64,000 bases of DNA from Planctomycetota bacterium. Its GTDB lineage: Bacteria; Planctomycetota; B15-G4; SIAN01. Location: assembly GCA_031409275.1 (NCBI GenBank), contig JANNXA010000043.1, forward strand, positions 17,106 through 81,105. The letters run 5' to 3'. The position numbers and the translations under genes are program-made. This document shows positions 51,049-62,285 of this stretch, piece after piece. The notes below the pieces were generated by a model. The model saw only the letters and a program-made list of their open reading frames with translations. It made no database searches and had not been told where the DNA came from. Position 1 is the stretch's first letter, and each line of letters opens with the position of its first letter.

Positions 51049-51596
51049 TGGAAGAGCCGCCAACGGCACGCGTCAGAGGTACGTTGCGGAGGCTCGCGAT
51101 GGAGTTCCCGTTGGGCGGCGACGGTCTCGGCTTCGGGTGGCGCCTTGCAGCCCGTTGGAGAATTCCCCGTGTCGCCTGGCGGCGTCTTTCAAGCCGGTAC
51201 TTCGTCGGAGTCTCTCGACAACTCACTGGGGAGTTGGCTTCGAACCTCCTCCTCGTCCCGACTCGAAATCCGCTCGCCGGACTCGCGGTGACTTCATCCA
51301 ACGGACTGCTTGCGGCGCTGCTGCTGTTGATGGCGACCGTCGCGTGGGTCGAGCGGTGGCGTCGCGGACCCGCGGCGAATCGTTGGCGCGAGTACTCGTT
51401 CGTGGTGGGGGTCGCGTTGGCCGGAGCGCTGGCCGGCATGGCCATCGACTCCATCACCTCTCGCCTTGCGCCGAGCTACTTCGTCGAGTGGAAGGGGATC
51501 GAGCCGGGACGAGGTTTCGAGTCACGCGTCCTGCAGCTCGGCGCGCAGGCGGGATTCGGTGCCGGCTTCTTCGCCGCCGCGCTGCTGGCCTTCGCG
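51049..51596 (+). repeat. 383-bp direct repeat, copy 2 (interrupted by MITE)
   Basis: Matches 48868-49250 apart from the 165-bp insert. Confidence 0.92.
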
Positions 51597-51908
51597 AGCA
51601 GCCATCGTCGCGCGTCGACGACGGGCAACGCGCCTGCCCCTGCACTTCGACCACTGATCCAGCGCGCGCAACGGATCTTGTGGGTCGCGCTCGGATCGGC
51701 CCTGCTGCTTGGCATTGCCGGCCGACTTTTCGAACTTCCGCCGCCCACCGCGCGTCGCCCCTTCTCCGCCGACCCCGCCGCCATCCGCGTCTGGTGGATC
51801 CACCTCGGCGTCTACGCCGGCGCCACGATCGCGCTCGCATTCGAGGTGGCGGGGATCATTCATCCCCCGAAACCGCATCTTGGAGACGACCGTCGCGAAC
51901 AGGCGTAG
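51099..51908 (+). CDS. Hypothetical membrane protein carrying a 55-aa MITE-derived insertion
   Basis: GGAGG RBS; multi-TM; frame stays open through the insert. Confidence 0.75.
   Translation: MEFPLGGDGLGFGWRLAARWRIPRVAWRRLSSRYFVGVSRQLTGELASNLLLVPTRNPLAGLAVTSSNGLLAALLLLMATVAWVERWRRGPAANRWREYSFVVGVALAGALAGMAIDSITSRLAPSYFVEWKGIEPGRGFESRVLQLGAQAGFGAGFFAAALLAFASSHRRASTTGNAPAPALRPLIQRAQRILWVALGSALLLGIAGRLFELPPPTARRPFSADPAAIRVWWIHLGVYAGATIALAFEVAGIIHPPKPHLGDDRREQA
51148..51308. mobile_element. MITE (161 bp, non-autonomous IS derivative)
   Basis: TIRs CAGCCCGTTGGA / TCCAACGGACTG (11/12 match), 4-bp TSD CTTG (51144-47, 51309-12); empty site present in repeat copy 1. Confidence 0.88.
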
Positions 51909-51958
51909 GCGCGGCGCCGACAGTGTGCGGTTCGAGCGGTGGAAAGATCCCCGCCACC
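51845..51958. repeat. REP-like inverted pair
   Basis: Degenerate direct copy at 51845 inside the gene end; inverted copy ~51935-51958. Confidence 0.75.
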
Positions 51959-52158
51959 TGTTCGCCCCTCTCCCGCTCGCCGCTTTCGCCGCGCGCTGCG
52001 CCCCGCGCAGCCGCGCGCCCCACCACCGTCCCCCGGTTGAGCTGCGAAGCGCGCGCAGCGCCGCTTCGTCAGCTCCAACGCAGCCGAATGCAGCGGCGCA
52101 CCGCGCCGTCTGCCATTCGGCGTGATGAGCGGCGGGCCTCCTCGGCCCGTCCGCTCCA

Positions 52159-55100
52159 TCACCGGTTGAACAAGAAGGCCGGGCTCGTCGCCAACGCCCA
52201 CGCGGTGTCTTGCGCCGCCGCCATCCGCATGCGCTCGACGAACTCGGGCGCGGTCGCGAGGAACGCGCGGTGGATCACCGCTTCGTCGTCGGCGGTGCGC
52301 TGCTCGACGGGTTTCGCCATCGCCGCAAGGACCTCATCGGGCAGGGCCGCGACCCGCACCGGCCGCGGATCGTTCGCCAGCGAAAGGCGGAAGCGTCCGA
52401 GGTTGTGGCCATCGCCCCAGCCCTGCTCGATCGTGACCACCAGCAGCGTTCCGCCGGGTCCGCCAACGTCCTCGCCGAACTCCCACACGGCTTGATGCGG
52501 CTGCATCGTGGCTGGGTAGAGCGCCCAACCGCTCTTCGCATTGCCGTCCGCGATCGCCGCCGGGTCGAACTGCTCTTGCGAGAAGTCGGCGCTCGCGTTC
52601 TGCAGCGCGACGCTCTTGCCGCCGGCTCCGCCTTGCAGCGGCACCGCCACCACCTTGAGCTCGCTCAACACGAAGTTGCCGGAGTCGGAGCGGCCGCTGC
52701 CGCGCGAGGGCAACGAAGCGTCGGGGATCGCTTCGATCCGCAAAGCGGTGACTCGTTCGAGGTTCGTCCACGCCAGCAACGTGTAGGTGTCCGTGCCCGG
52801 TCGCGGACCGCCGGCCAGGAGCGAATGGTCCGGCAGCGTCGTGAAGGTCGCACCGCCTGCGGATCGCGCCTCGACGCGCTCGACGACCTGCCAGCGCACC
52901 CGCGGGATCGCAGCCTCCCACGCCGCGCGCCGTCCGCGGTACTGCTCGGCGTCGGCGGGCGGGAGCGCGGCGACGTTGGCGGGATGTCCCGGCTCGAAGT
53001 TGGGCGCCAGCGCGGTGAACTCGGCGTCGGTCACGGGACGACCGAGGAAGCGCACGTAGAGTTCGTCGACGAGTCGGCGCGGCGACGGCTCGAACGCGAC
53101 CAGCCGCGTCAATTCGCTGTCGGGATCTTCGATCGCTTCGGCCAGCGTCGGGCCGTTCACGAGGTGGAGCGCCTGGCCGAGCGACATCCCGCTCCCGCGC
53201 TCGCACTCGCACGCGCTTTCGCGAGGCGGACGGCCGAACAGCGCGAGGAAGCCGTCGGCGGGGGAGACGCTCGGGTCGAGGAACTCGGCGGCACGCGCGT
53301 CGGGGCGCGCGCCGGCGACGCGCGGACGGCGGCCGACCGCGAGCTGGATCGCGTCGTAGAGCGTTTCGGCGGGCAGGCGCCGCGCCTGCGCGTGGGCGTA
53401 GTGCAGCGTGTCGTCGCGATTCCAATCGTTGGTGACGAGCGAGCGCTGGTAGGTCGCCGACGAGCAGATCCGCCGCATCAGGGCGCGCACGTCGAATCCC
53501 GAGTCGATGAACTCGCGCGTGAGCCGCTCGAGCAGTTCAGGGTGAGTGGGTGGATTGCTCGCGCGGATGTCGTCGACCGGTTCGATCAGCCCGATGCCGA
53601 GGAAGTAGCTCCAGATGCGGTTCACGTAGCTCTTGGCGAAATAGGGGTTCTCGCGCGCCGTGATCCAGGCGACGAGCTCCTCGCGCCGAGTCACGCTGCC
53701 GCCGCCCGGAACGTCGGTCGCGCCGGCGCTCGCTGCGGCGTTGGCGCGCGCGAAGTCGTAGGGGAACGCGGGGGTCACCACGACGTTGCGGTTCGGGTGC
53801 TTCACGTCGCCGCTGCCGACGTCCTTCACCATCTCCTCGAACGCGAGCTCGACGTCATCGGGGCGGTTGTCGTACGCGCGCGGCATCATCGGCGAGCCCG
53901 CGACGTTCTCGCGTCCGACCTGCGCGAAGAAGGCGGCCAGTTGCCAGTGCTGATCCTGCGTCCAGCGCTCGAACGGATGGTCGTGGCACTTGTTGCAGTT
54001 GAAGCGCACGCCGAGGAAGAGCTGCGTCGTGTTCTCCATCGCGACGTCCGGCTGGCGCAGGATCTTCCAGTAGGCGGCGGGCGGGTTCGCATAGGTCGAG
54101 CCGCTCGCGCCGAGCACCGCTGCGGCGAACTCGTCGTACGGGCGATTGCTCGCCACCTCTTCGCGGATCCAGTCGCGCAGCCGGGTCGCTCCCTCGACGC
54201 CGAGGAACTTCGAGTTGACCTGCAGCAGGTCGGCCCACTTGTTGGTCCAGTGCTCGATGAACTCGACGCTGCCGATCAACTGGTCGATCAGCTCGTCACG
54301 TTTGCGGCGGGAATCGCGGCGATCGAGCAGGAAGGCGCGCGTGGCGCGGACCGTCGGCGGCGCGCCGGTCAGGTCGAGGTAGAGCCGGCGGCAGAACTCG
54401 GCGTCGCTGCACGTGCCGCTCGGCTGCGCCTTCAGCGACTGCAACTTGGCATCGATGAGTTCATCGATCCAGTTCTGCTGAGCGACCGGCTGCCACGCGA
54501 AGCCGGCGCGATCGCCCATCACCACCAGGCGGGTCGCGGCGAAGCGGCCGGCGTAGCGCGCTAGGACCGCGGCATCGCCGCGCCGAAGCGCGGTGACGAG
54601 GCCGCCGCTCTCGGTGGTCGCGATCTCGAGGTCGTTGCACTCGACCACGGCATCCGCAGTGACGTCGCGCACGCGACCGTCCGAGTAGGTGGCACGCACC
54701 GCGAACTGCTGGCTCATGCCGGGCAGCGGCACCACCGGATCGTGCGGCCACAGGTCGAGCGAGACGACGCGCGCGGCGTCGGCGTCGAGGGTCGCGCCCG
54801 CCGCGATCCACGCGACCAGCAGTTCGTGGTCGCGCGAGCCGGCGGCGAGGCGCTGGCCGCCTTCGTGCGGGACGCTGCCGGTCGGCTTCAGCAGGAAGAG
54901 GCTTTGTTCCGGGAAGGCGCGATTGAAGCGGCGGCCGGCCAGCTCGTCGGTAAGCGCTTCATGGTCGAAGAGCGGGTCGTAGCTGCGAAGGCTGAGCTTG
55001 AAGCCGTTCTTCCCTTTCGCGGAGCCGTGGCACGTGCCCGCACTGCAGCCGAGCCTCGTCAGCAGCGGCTCCACGTCCTGCACGAAACTTGGCGCCGGCC

Positions 55101-55455
55101 CGCTCGTGCCACCGCTCGCCGTCGCCGCGAGCGTGGCGCTCTGCGTGCCGGCGCGCAGTCGCAGCGTCGTCGTGCCGTCATGCCGCGCCTGCACGCGGCC
55201 ACGCGCGTCGACTTCGAGCAGGTCGCCCTCCTGCTCGAAGGTCACGGCGCGCGTGACATCCAGCAGCTGCCCGTCGTCGAGCCGGCCGGTCACCACCAGC
55301 TGCGCGTTCGCGAAGCGGCCGTCCAGCACGAGCTGTTCGGGCTGCACACGCAGCTCGACCAGTCGATCGAGCGGCAGCGGGGGCGTCGGCGGCGCGTCGC
55401 CGCCGGCGAACGCCAGCGCCGACCCGCAGAGGCTCATGGCGAGGAACGTCGTCAT
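52159..55455 (-). CDS. DUF1549/DUF1553 protein with Ig-like domains
   Basis: SFVQDVEPLL..GCSAGTCHG, RRLYLDLTG, CNKCHDHPFERW, NPPTHPELL, FGRPPRESACECER. Confidence 0.93.
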   Translation of the reverse strand: MTTFLAMSLCGSALAFAGGDAPPTPPLPLDRLVELRVQPEQLVLDGRFANAQLVVTGRLDDGQLLDVTRAVTFEQEGDLLEVDARGRVQARHDGTTTLRLRAGTQSATLAATASGGTSGPAPSFVQDVEPLLTRLGCSAGTCHGSAKGKNGFKLSLRSYDPLFDHEALTDELAGRRFNRAFPEQSLFLLKPTGSVPHEGGQRLAAGSRDHELLVAWIAAGATLDADAARVVSLDLWPHDPVVPLPGMSQQFAVRATYSDGRVRDVTADAVVECNDLEIATTESGGLVTALRRGDAAVLARYAGRFAATRLVVMGDRAGFAWQPVAQQNWIDELIDAKLQSLKAQPSGTCSDAEFCRRLYLDLTGAPPTVRATRAFLLDRRDSRRKRDELIDQLIGSVEFIEHWTNKWADLLQVNSKFLGVEGATRLRDWIREEVASNRPYDEFAAAVLGASGSTYANPPAAYWKILRQPDVAMENTTQLFLGVRFNCNKCHDHPFERWTQDQHWQLAAFFAQVGRENVAGSPMMPRAYDNRPDDVELAFEEMVKDVGSGDVKHPNRNVVVTPAFPYDFARANAAASAGATDVPGGGSVTRREELVAWITARENPYFAKSYVNRIWSYFLGIGLIEPVDDIRASNPPTHPELLERLTREFIDSGFDVRALMRRICSSATYQRSLVTNDWNRDDTLHYAHAQARRLPAETLYDAIQLAVGRRPRVAGARPDARAAEFLDPSVSPADGFLALFGRPPRESACECERGSGMSLGQALHLVNGPTLAEAIEDPDSELTRLVAFEPSPRRLVDELYVRFLGRPVTDAEFTALAPNFEPGHPANVAALPPADAEQYRGRRAAWEAAIPRVRWQVVERVEARSAGGATFTTLPDHSLLAGGPRPGTDTYTLLAWTNLERVTALRIEAIPDASLPSRGSGRSDSGNFVLSELKVVAVPLQGGAGGKSVALQNASADFSQEQFDPAAIADGNAKSGWALYPATMQPHQAVWEFGEDVGGPGGTLLVVTIEQGWGDGHNLGRFRLSLANDPRPVRVAALPDEVLAAMAKPVEQRTADDEAVIHRAFLATAPEFVERMRMAAAQDTAWALATSPAFLFNR

Positions 55456-55466
55456 TTCGTCGATCC

Positions 55467-56851
55467 TCACGGTTGCAGCGGTGCGGCCGGGAAGCTGCCC
55501 GACAACGCGCCGCTCGCAGCGTCCATCAAGAAGACCTGGCCATCGAAGCCGCCGGCCGCGATCTGCGCTCCGTCGGGTCGCCACGTCGCGGCGTAGATCG
55601 CAGTGGCGAGCGGCAGCGACCACGCGGGCGCCTCCTGCTCGACGGCGTAGACGCGCACCTCGCCATGGCCGCTCGCGCTGGTGCCGACGACGAAGCGCGC
55701 GCCATCGGCGGCGTACTCGGCGGCGAAGAGGCGACCGGCCAGCGGCGCGTAGCTCTTCAGGTGGTTGAAGTCGTCGCCGATCTCGCGCTTCTGCGTCCGG
55801 TGCATCTTGTAGGTCTTCGGCGTGCCGTCGGCGCCGCCGATCAGCAGCACGTCCTCGCGCGGGTGGCGATCGACGGCTTGCAGCCCGCCCTTCAGCGCAC
55901 CCGGCGTGATGCTGGTGATGTTGTCGACGAACTGCTGCGTCGCCACTTCGAACAGCTTCAACGCGCGATCGCGGCCGACCGAGACGAGGTGGGCGCCGTT
56001 CAACGAGAACGCGGTGTCGAGCGCGAGGTCTTCGCTCGCGGCGTTGAAGAAGACGAGTTCGCCGCTCGCCACGTCGAGCGCACGGACCGACGCGTCACCG
56101 CCACCGAAGGCGACGAGGCGGCCGTCCGGTGACCAGCTGCCGCCATAGAGCGTGTCGCGTCCGAGCGGCAACGACCGCTCGAGCTTGCGCTGCGCGACGT
56201 CCCACAGTTGCACCTCACCGAAGCGACCGGGCGAGCCGCCGACCACCAGCAGGTGGGCGCCATCGGGCGAGAAGACGGCGGACTGGATCCGCTCGCTCAT
56301 GCCGACGAGGCGCGCGGAGAGGGTCGCGCCGTGGCCGGCGGGATCGACCTGGTAGAGCAGCACTTCGTGGTAGCCGGAGACGGCCAGCGTCGTGCCATCG
56401 GGAGCGAAGTCGAGCGCGGTGACGACCGGCTGCTGCGAGTAGACCGGTGGGTGCTCCATCGTGAACGTCACCGCGGCGGCGGCCGGCGTGTCGTCGTGGG
56501 CGCCCTCGGCGATCCAGCGCCGCACGAGTTCGAGTTCGGCAGCGGCCAGCGGCGCGCCGCTCTTGGGCATGCGCGGCGGCTTCTCCTCGCGCGGCAAAAG
56601 GACGGTGAAGAGGGCGCTCTGATCGGGGGCGCCCGGCACCAGCAGCGGTTCGTCCGCCTTGCCGCTGCTTTGCAGCTCGGCGTAACGAGTGAGGAGCACC
56701 TTTCCGCCCGCCTTCGCCGGTTGGTGACAGCCCGCACAACGCGCCGTCAGCAGCGGGGCGATCTGCCGCGCGAAGCTGACCGGCTTGGGGTCGTCGATCG
56801 CGAAGCCGGAGGTGACCCATGCGGCGACACCGGCGAGGGGCAGCAGCGCGC

Positions 56852-56855
<4 letters not shown>
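55467..56855 (-). CDS. Planctomycete cytochrome c + WD40 repeat protein
   Basis: [31 protein letters not shown] repeats; GTGA coupling. Confidence 0.9.
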
Positions 56856-58303
<1,448 letters not shown>

Positions 58304-58506
58304 CGCCCGATCCTCCTCGCCACGCGACAGCCACCGTTGCGCACGGTGTCTCGTCGAGCGAGCCAGGACGTTAGCCCCGAGGCCGGATGGTGTCGCTGGC
58401 CGTGGCCGGGGTCGGGTGGATCTTCCCGCGACCGTTCCGCATCTGCCGCGATTGCGCGCGCGGCGCTACTTTCAACGCCCTGTGCAGCCCCTCGTGGAGT
58501 CGCTCC

Positions 58507-59823
58507 GTGATTGATCGCCGCTCGCCGCGCCGTCGTGATTTCCTGCGCGCCGGTCTCGGCGGCGCGCTCGGGCTGGCGCTCGCCGATCGCTTTCGCTGGC
58601 GCCTCTTCGCGCAGGAGGCGGGCGCGGCCTCGGCGGCGCCTGCTGCGAGCGCCAAGGCGCAGGCGGTGATCCACCTCTTCCTGCCGGGCGGGATGGCGCA
58701 GCAGGAGTCCTTCGACCCCAAGCCCTTCGCGCCCGCCGAGTACCGCGGACCATTCCGCTCGATCGAAACGAAGGTGCCAGGGCTTCGATTCGGCGAGCAC
58801 TTCCAGCAGCTCGCCGCGCTGGCCGACCAGTTCACGGTGGTGCGCACGATGTCGCACGGCGAGGCGGCGCACGAGCGCGGCACGCACAACCTCTTCACCG
58901 GCTACCGGCCAAGCCCGGCGCTGCAGTACCCGAGCTTCGGCGCCGTCGTCTCGCACGAGCTGGGTCCGCGCGGAGCGCTCCCGCCCTACGTCTGCATCCC
59001 GAGTCAGCCCTTCGTCGACGCGGGCAGCGGCTACCTGAGCTCGGCGTACGGACCCTTCAGTCTCGGCAGCGATCCGGCGTCGCCGAACTTCGAGGTGCGT
59101 GACCTCGCGCCGCCACCCGGCCTCGACGAGGCGCGTCTCGCGCGGCGCCGCGCGCTGCTGGAGCAGGTCGATCGCGGCTTTCGTGCGGCGACCCCCGATG
59201 CGGACGAGGTCGCGGCCGCCGCGTCGTTCTACGACCGCGCTTACGCACTGATCGCGGCGCCCGAAGCGAAAGCGGCCTTCGACCTGAAGTCGGAGCCCGA
59301 CGCGCTGCGCGATCGCTATGGCCGCCACGCTGCCGGTCAACGGCTGCTGATGGCGCGCCGACTCGTGGAGGCGGGGGTCCGCTGGGTCTCGGTCACCTAC
59401 GGCGGCTGGGACCACCACGACAACATCGCCGGCGGCTTCGCTGGTCAGGCGCGCGAGCTCGATCAGGGGCTCGCGGCGCTGCTGCTCGATCTCGCCGAGC
59501 GCGGTCGCCTCGACTCGACGCTGGTGCTGGTCACGACCGAGTTCGGCCGCACGCCGAAGATCAACGCCACGGCCGGCCGCGACCACTGGCCGCGCGTCTT
59601 CTCGCTGTTGCTGGCCGGTGGCGGCGTCAAGAAGGGCGGGGTCTACGGCACGTCGAACTCGACCTGGACCGAAGCGGAGGACGTCGCCCTTTCGGTCGAG
59701 AACTTCGCCGCCACCGTCTACCACCTGATCGGCATCGACGCCGGCAAGGAGCTGCTGGCGCCAGGCAACCGACCGATCGAGATCGTGAAGGGGGGCCACG
59801 TGGTTCCGGAGCTGTTGGCGTGA
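58507..59823 (+). CDS. DUF1501 family protein (Tat)
   Basis: RRRDFL; GGMAQQESFDPKP; GWDHH; TEFGRTP; GRDHWP; GTG start inferred. Confidence 0.93.
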   Translation: MIDRRSPRRRDFLRAGLGGALGLALADRFRWRLFAQEAGAASAAPAASAKAQAVIHLFLPGGMAQQESFDPKPFAPAEYRGPFRSIETKVPGLRFGEHFQQLAALADQFTVVRTMSHGEAAHERGTHNLFTGYRPSPALQYPSFGAVVSHELGPRGALPPYVCIPSQPFVDAGSGYLSSAYGPFSLGSDPASPNFEVRDLAPPPGLDEARLARRRALLEQVDRGFRAATPDADEVAAAASFYDRAYALIAAPEAKAAFDLKSEPDALRDRYGRHAAGQRLLMARRLVEAGVRWVSVTYGGWDHHDNIAGGFAGQARELDQGLAALLLDLAERGRLDSTLVLVTTEFGRTPKINATAGRDHWPRVFSLLLAGGGVKKGGVYGTSNSTWTEAEDVALSVENFAATVYHLIGIDAGKELLAPGNRPIEIVKGGHVVPELLA

Positions 59824-62285
59824 CGCGCCTCGCGCCCATCGCGGCACTCGTCGCGCTCGCGTCACCGCGGCTCACACCGGCCAACCCCGACGTCGATCTG
59901 CTGTTGCCGCGCGGCGGTCAACGCGGCAGCGAAGTGTCGATCGAGTTCCGCGGGCAGCGGTTGGGCGATGCCGTCGACGTGCTCTTCTACTCGCCGGGTT
60001 TCGAGCTGCTGGCGCTCGCTGCGGTCGACGCGACGCATGTCACGGCGCGGCTGCGGATCGCGGCGGAGGCGCGGCTCGGCGAGCATCAGTTGCGCCTGCG
60101 CACGAGCAGCGGTCTCTCGCGACTGCTGACCTTCTGGATCTCGCCCTTTCCGACCGTCGATGAAGTCGAGCCCAACTCCGACTTCGCGACGCCGCAGCCG
60201 ATCGCAGGCAACGTCACCGTGCATGGCGCCATCACCAACGAGGACGTCGACCACTTCGTCGTCGAAGCGCGCGCCGGCGAACGTTGGAGCGTCGAGGTCG
60301 AGGGGCTGCGACTTGGCGACGGGCCGTTCGATCCGTTCATCGCCGTCCTCGACGAGCGGCGCTTCGAGCTCGCCTCCTGCGACGACAGCGCGCTCTTCAA
60401 GCAGGACCCGGCGCTCTCGTTCGTCGCGCCGCACGAGGGTCGCTACATCGTGCAGATCCGCGAGGCGAGCTTCGGCGGCAGCGACCGCTCGCGCTACCAG
60501 CTCCACGTCGGCACCTTCCCGCGCCCGCTCGCCGTCTTCCCGGCCGGCGGCCGCGTCAAGACGACGCGCACGGTCGAGCTACGCGGCGATGCCGCCGGCC
60601 CCTTCGCCATGGAACTGGCCATCCCCGATCCGCTGCCGCCCGACTTCGCGTTGTGGCCGGAACAGGACGGTCAGGTGACGCCGTCGCCGTTGACCTTTCG
60701 CGGCCGCGGTTTCGATGGCGTCGACGAGGTGGAGCCGAACGACGAGTTCGGGCAGGCGACCGCGGTGGCGCGCGGCGTTCCGCTCGCGCTCGATGGCGTG
60801 ATCGGGACGACGGGCGACGTCGACTGCTGGCGCTTCGTCGCCAAGAAGGACGAGCGCATCAACGTGCGCGTGCATGCACGCTCGCTGCGTTCGCCGCTCG
60901 ATCCGGTCTTGTCGATCCACGCCGCCGACGGCGCCAGCCTCGACTTCAGCGACGACACGGTCGGCCTCGACAGCTACTTCGCCTTCAGCGCGCCCGCGGA
61001 TGGGGAGTACCAGCTGCGCGTCGCCGATCAGCTCCGCGGCGGCGGCGCGACCTACGTCTATCGCGTCGAGCTCTCGGCCCAGACGGCCTCGCTGGGCGTC
61101 GACGTGCCGCGCTTCGGACGCGATCGACAGGCGCGGCAGATGGCCCCGGTGGCGCAGGGCAATCGCTACGCGATGGCGATCCACGCCAATCGCAACCAGT
61201 TCGCGGGCGAACTCGCGTTCGTCGTCGAGTCGCTTCCCGCGGGCGTCACCGTGACGGCGGCGCCGATGGCTCGCAGCGTCGACACGACGTTGCTGCTGTT
61301 CCAGGCGGCCGCTGACGCACCGCTTGCCGGCGCCCTGGTCGACCTCGCCGCCGACTGCGCGGAGCCGAAGGTGCGCGGCCGCTTGCGCCAGCGCTTCGAC
61401 CTCGTGCTGGTGGCGCCGAACGAGACCTCGCTCTACGACATCGCTTCCGACCGGCTGCCGCTCGCGGTGGTCGCGCCGCTCCCCTTCACGCTCGACGTCG
61501 CGCCGCAAAAGGCGCCGCTGGTGCAAGGCGGGCAGGTGGTGCTGAAGGTGGTTGCCACTCGCCAGCCGGGCTTCGATGCGCCGATCACGCTGCGCCTGCT
61601 CGGTTTGTCGCCGGGTCTCGGCGCGCAGCCGACGATCCAGATGGCGGCGGGCCAGAGCGAAGCAAGCTACGTCGTGAATGCGGGCGGAGAGACCGAGGCG
61701 CGCGTGCACACGCTCGCGATCCTCGGGGAGAGCGACGCGGGCGCGGGCGAGCTGCTGGCTTCGACGCCGCTCTTCCCGATCACGGTCGCGCCACCCTTCT
61801 TCGGAATGAAGCTCGATCTGGCGGCGGCGGAGCAAGGGCAGCGGGTGAGCGTCGTGGCGCAGATCGATGCGCGCGTGCCGTTCGCCGGCAAGGCGAAGGT
61901 CTCCTTGCGCGGACTGCCGGCACAGGCGACTTGCGCCGATCTCGAGTTCAGCTCGGGTGACACGTCGCTCGTCTTCGAGGTCGAGACGACGAAGGAGACG
62001 CCGGTCGGCAAGCACACCACGCTCTTCTGCCAGGCGGTGATCGAGCAGGAGGGCGAGCCAATCGTTCACTTCGTCGCGGGCGGTGGCGTGCTGCGGATCG
62101 ATCCGCCGGCGCCGCCCGCCGCGGTGACCGCGGCGCCGGTGGCGGTGCCGGTGGCCGAGCCGACCCCGGCCGCCGCTCCCGCCGCTTCGCCGCCCCGACC
62201 GCTCTCGCGACTCGAACAGTTGCGCCAGAAGGCGCGCGAGCAGGCGCATGGCGGCGCGAAGCCGGCGAACGGAGGCGGACGATGA
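59820..62285 (+). CDS. PPC (pre-peptidase C-terminal) domain protein, planctomycete type
   Basis: PRGGQRG, two EVEPN repeats, DVD.F/W; GTGA coupling. Confidence 0.85.
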   Translation: MTRLAPIAALVALASPRLTPANPDVDLLLPRGGQRGSEVSIEFRGQRLGDAVDVLFYSPGFELLALAAVDATHVTARLRIAAEARLGEHQLRLRTSSGLSRLLTFWISPFPTVDEVEPNSDFATPQPIAGNVTVHGAITNEDVDHFVVEARAGERWSVEVEGLRLGDGPFDPFIAVLDERRFELASCDDSALFKQDPALSFVAPHEGRYIVQIREASFGGSDRSRYQLHVGTFPRPLAVFPAGGRVKTTRTVELRGDAAGPFAMELAIPDPLPPDFALWPEQDGQVTPSPLTFRGRGFDGVDEVEPNDEFGQATAVARGVPLALDGVIGTTGDVDCWRFVAKKDERINVRVHARSLRSPLDPVLSIHAADGASLDFSDDTVGLDSYFAFSAPADGEYQLRVADQLRGGGATYVYRVELSAQTASLGVDVPRFGRDRQARQMAPVAQGNRYAMAIHANRNQFAGELAFVVESLPAGVTVTAAPMARSVDTTLLLFQAAADAPLAGALVDLAADCAEPKVRGRLRQRFDLVLVAPNETSLYDIASDRLPLAVVAPLPFTLDVAPQKAPLVQGGQVVLKVVATRQPGFDAPITLRLLGLSPGLGAQPTIQMAAGQSEASYVVNAGGETEARVHTLAILGESDAGAGELLASTPLFPITVAPPFFGMKLDLAAAEQGQRVSVVAQIDARVPFAGKAKVSLRGLPAQATCADLEFSSGDTSLVFEVETTKETPVGKHTTLFCQAVIEQEGEPIVHFVAGGGVLRIDPPAPPAAVTAAPVAVPVAEPTPAAAPAASPPRPLSRLEQLRQKAREQAHGGAKPANGGGR

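Noticed and set aside
1948..54564. Very long ORFs such as 1948..5238, 38395..42105 and 52210..54564, and the N-terminal extensions of 743..3901, 15995..20668 and 17018..20545
   Set aside because: Antisense or off-frame shadows of real genes, expected at high GC; Arg/Ala-rich with no motifs.
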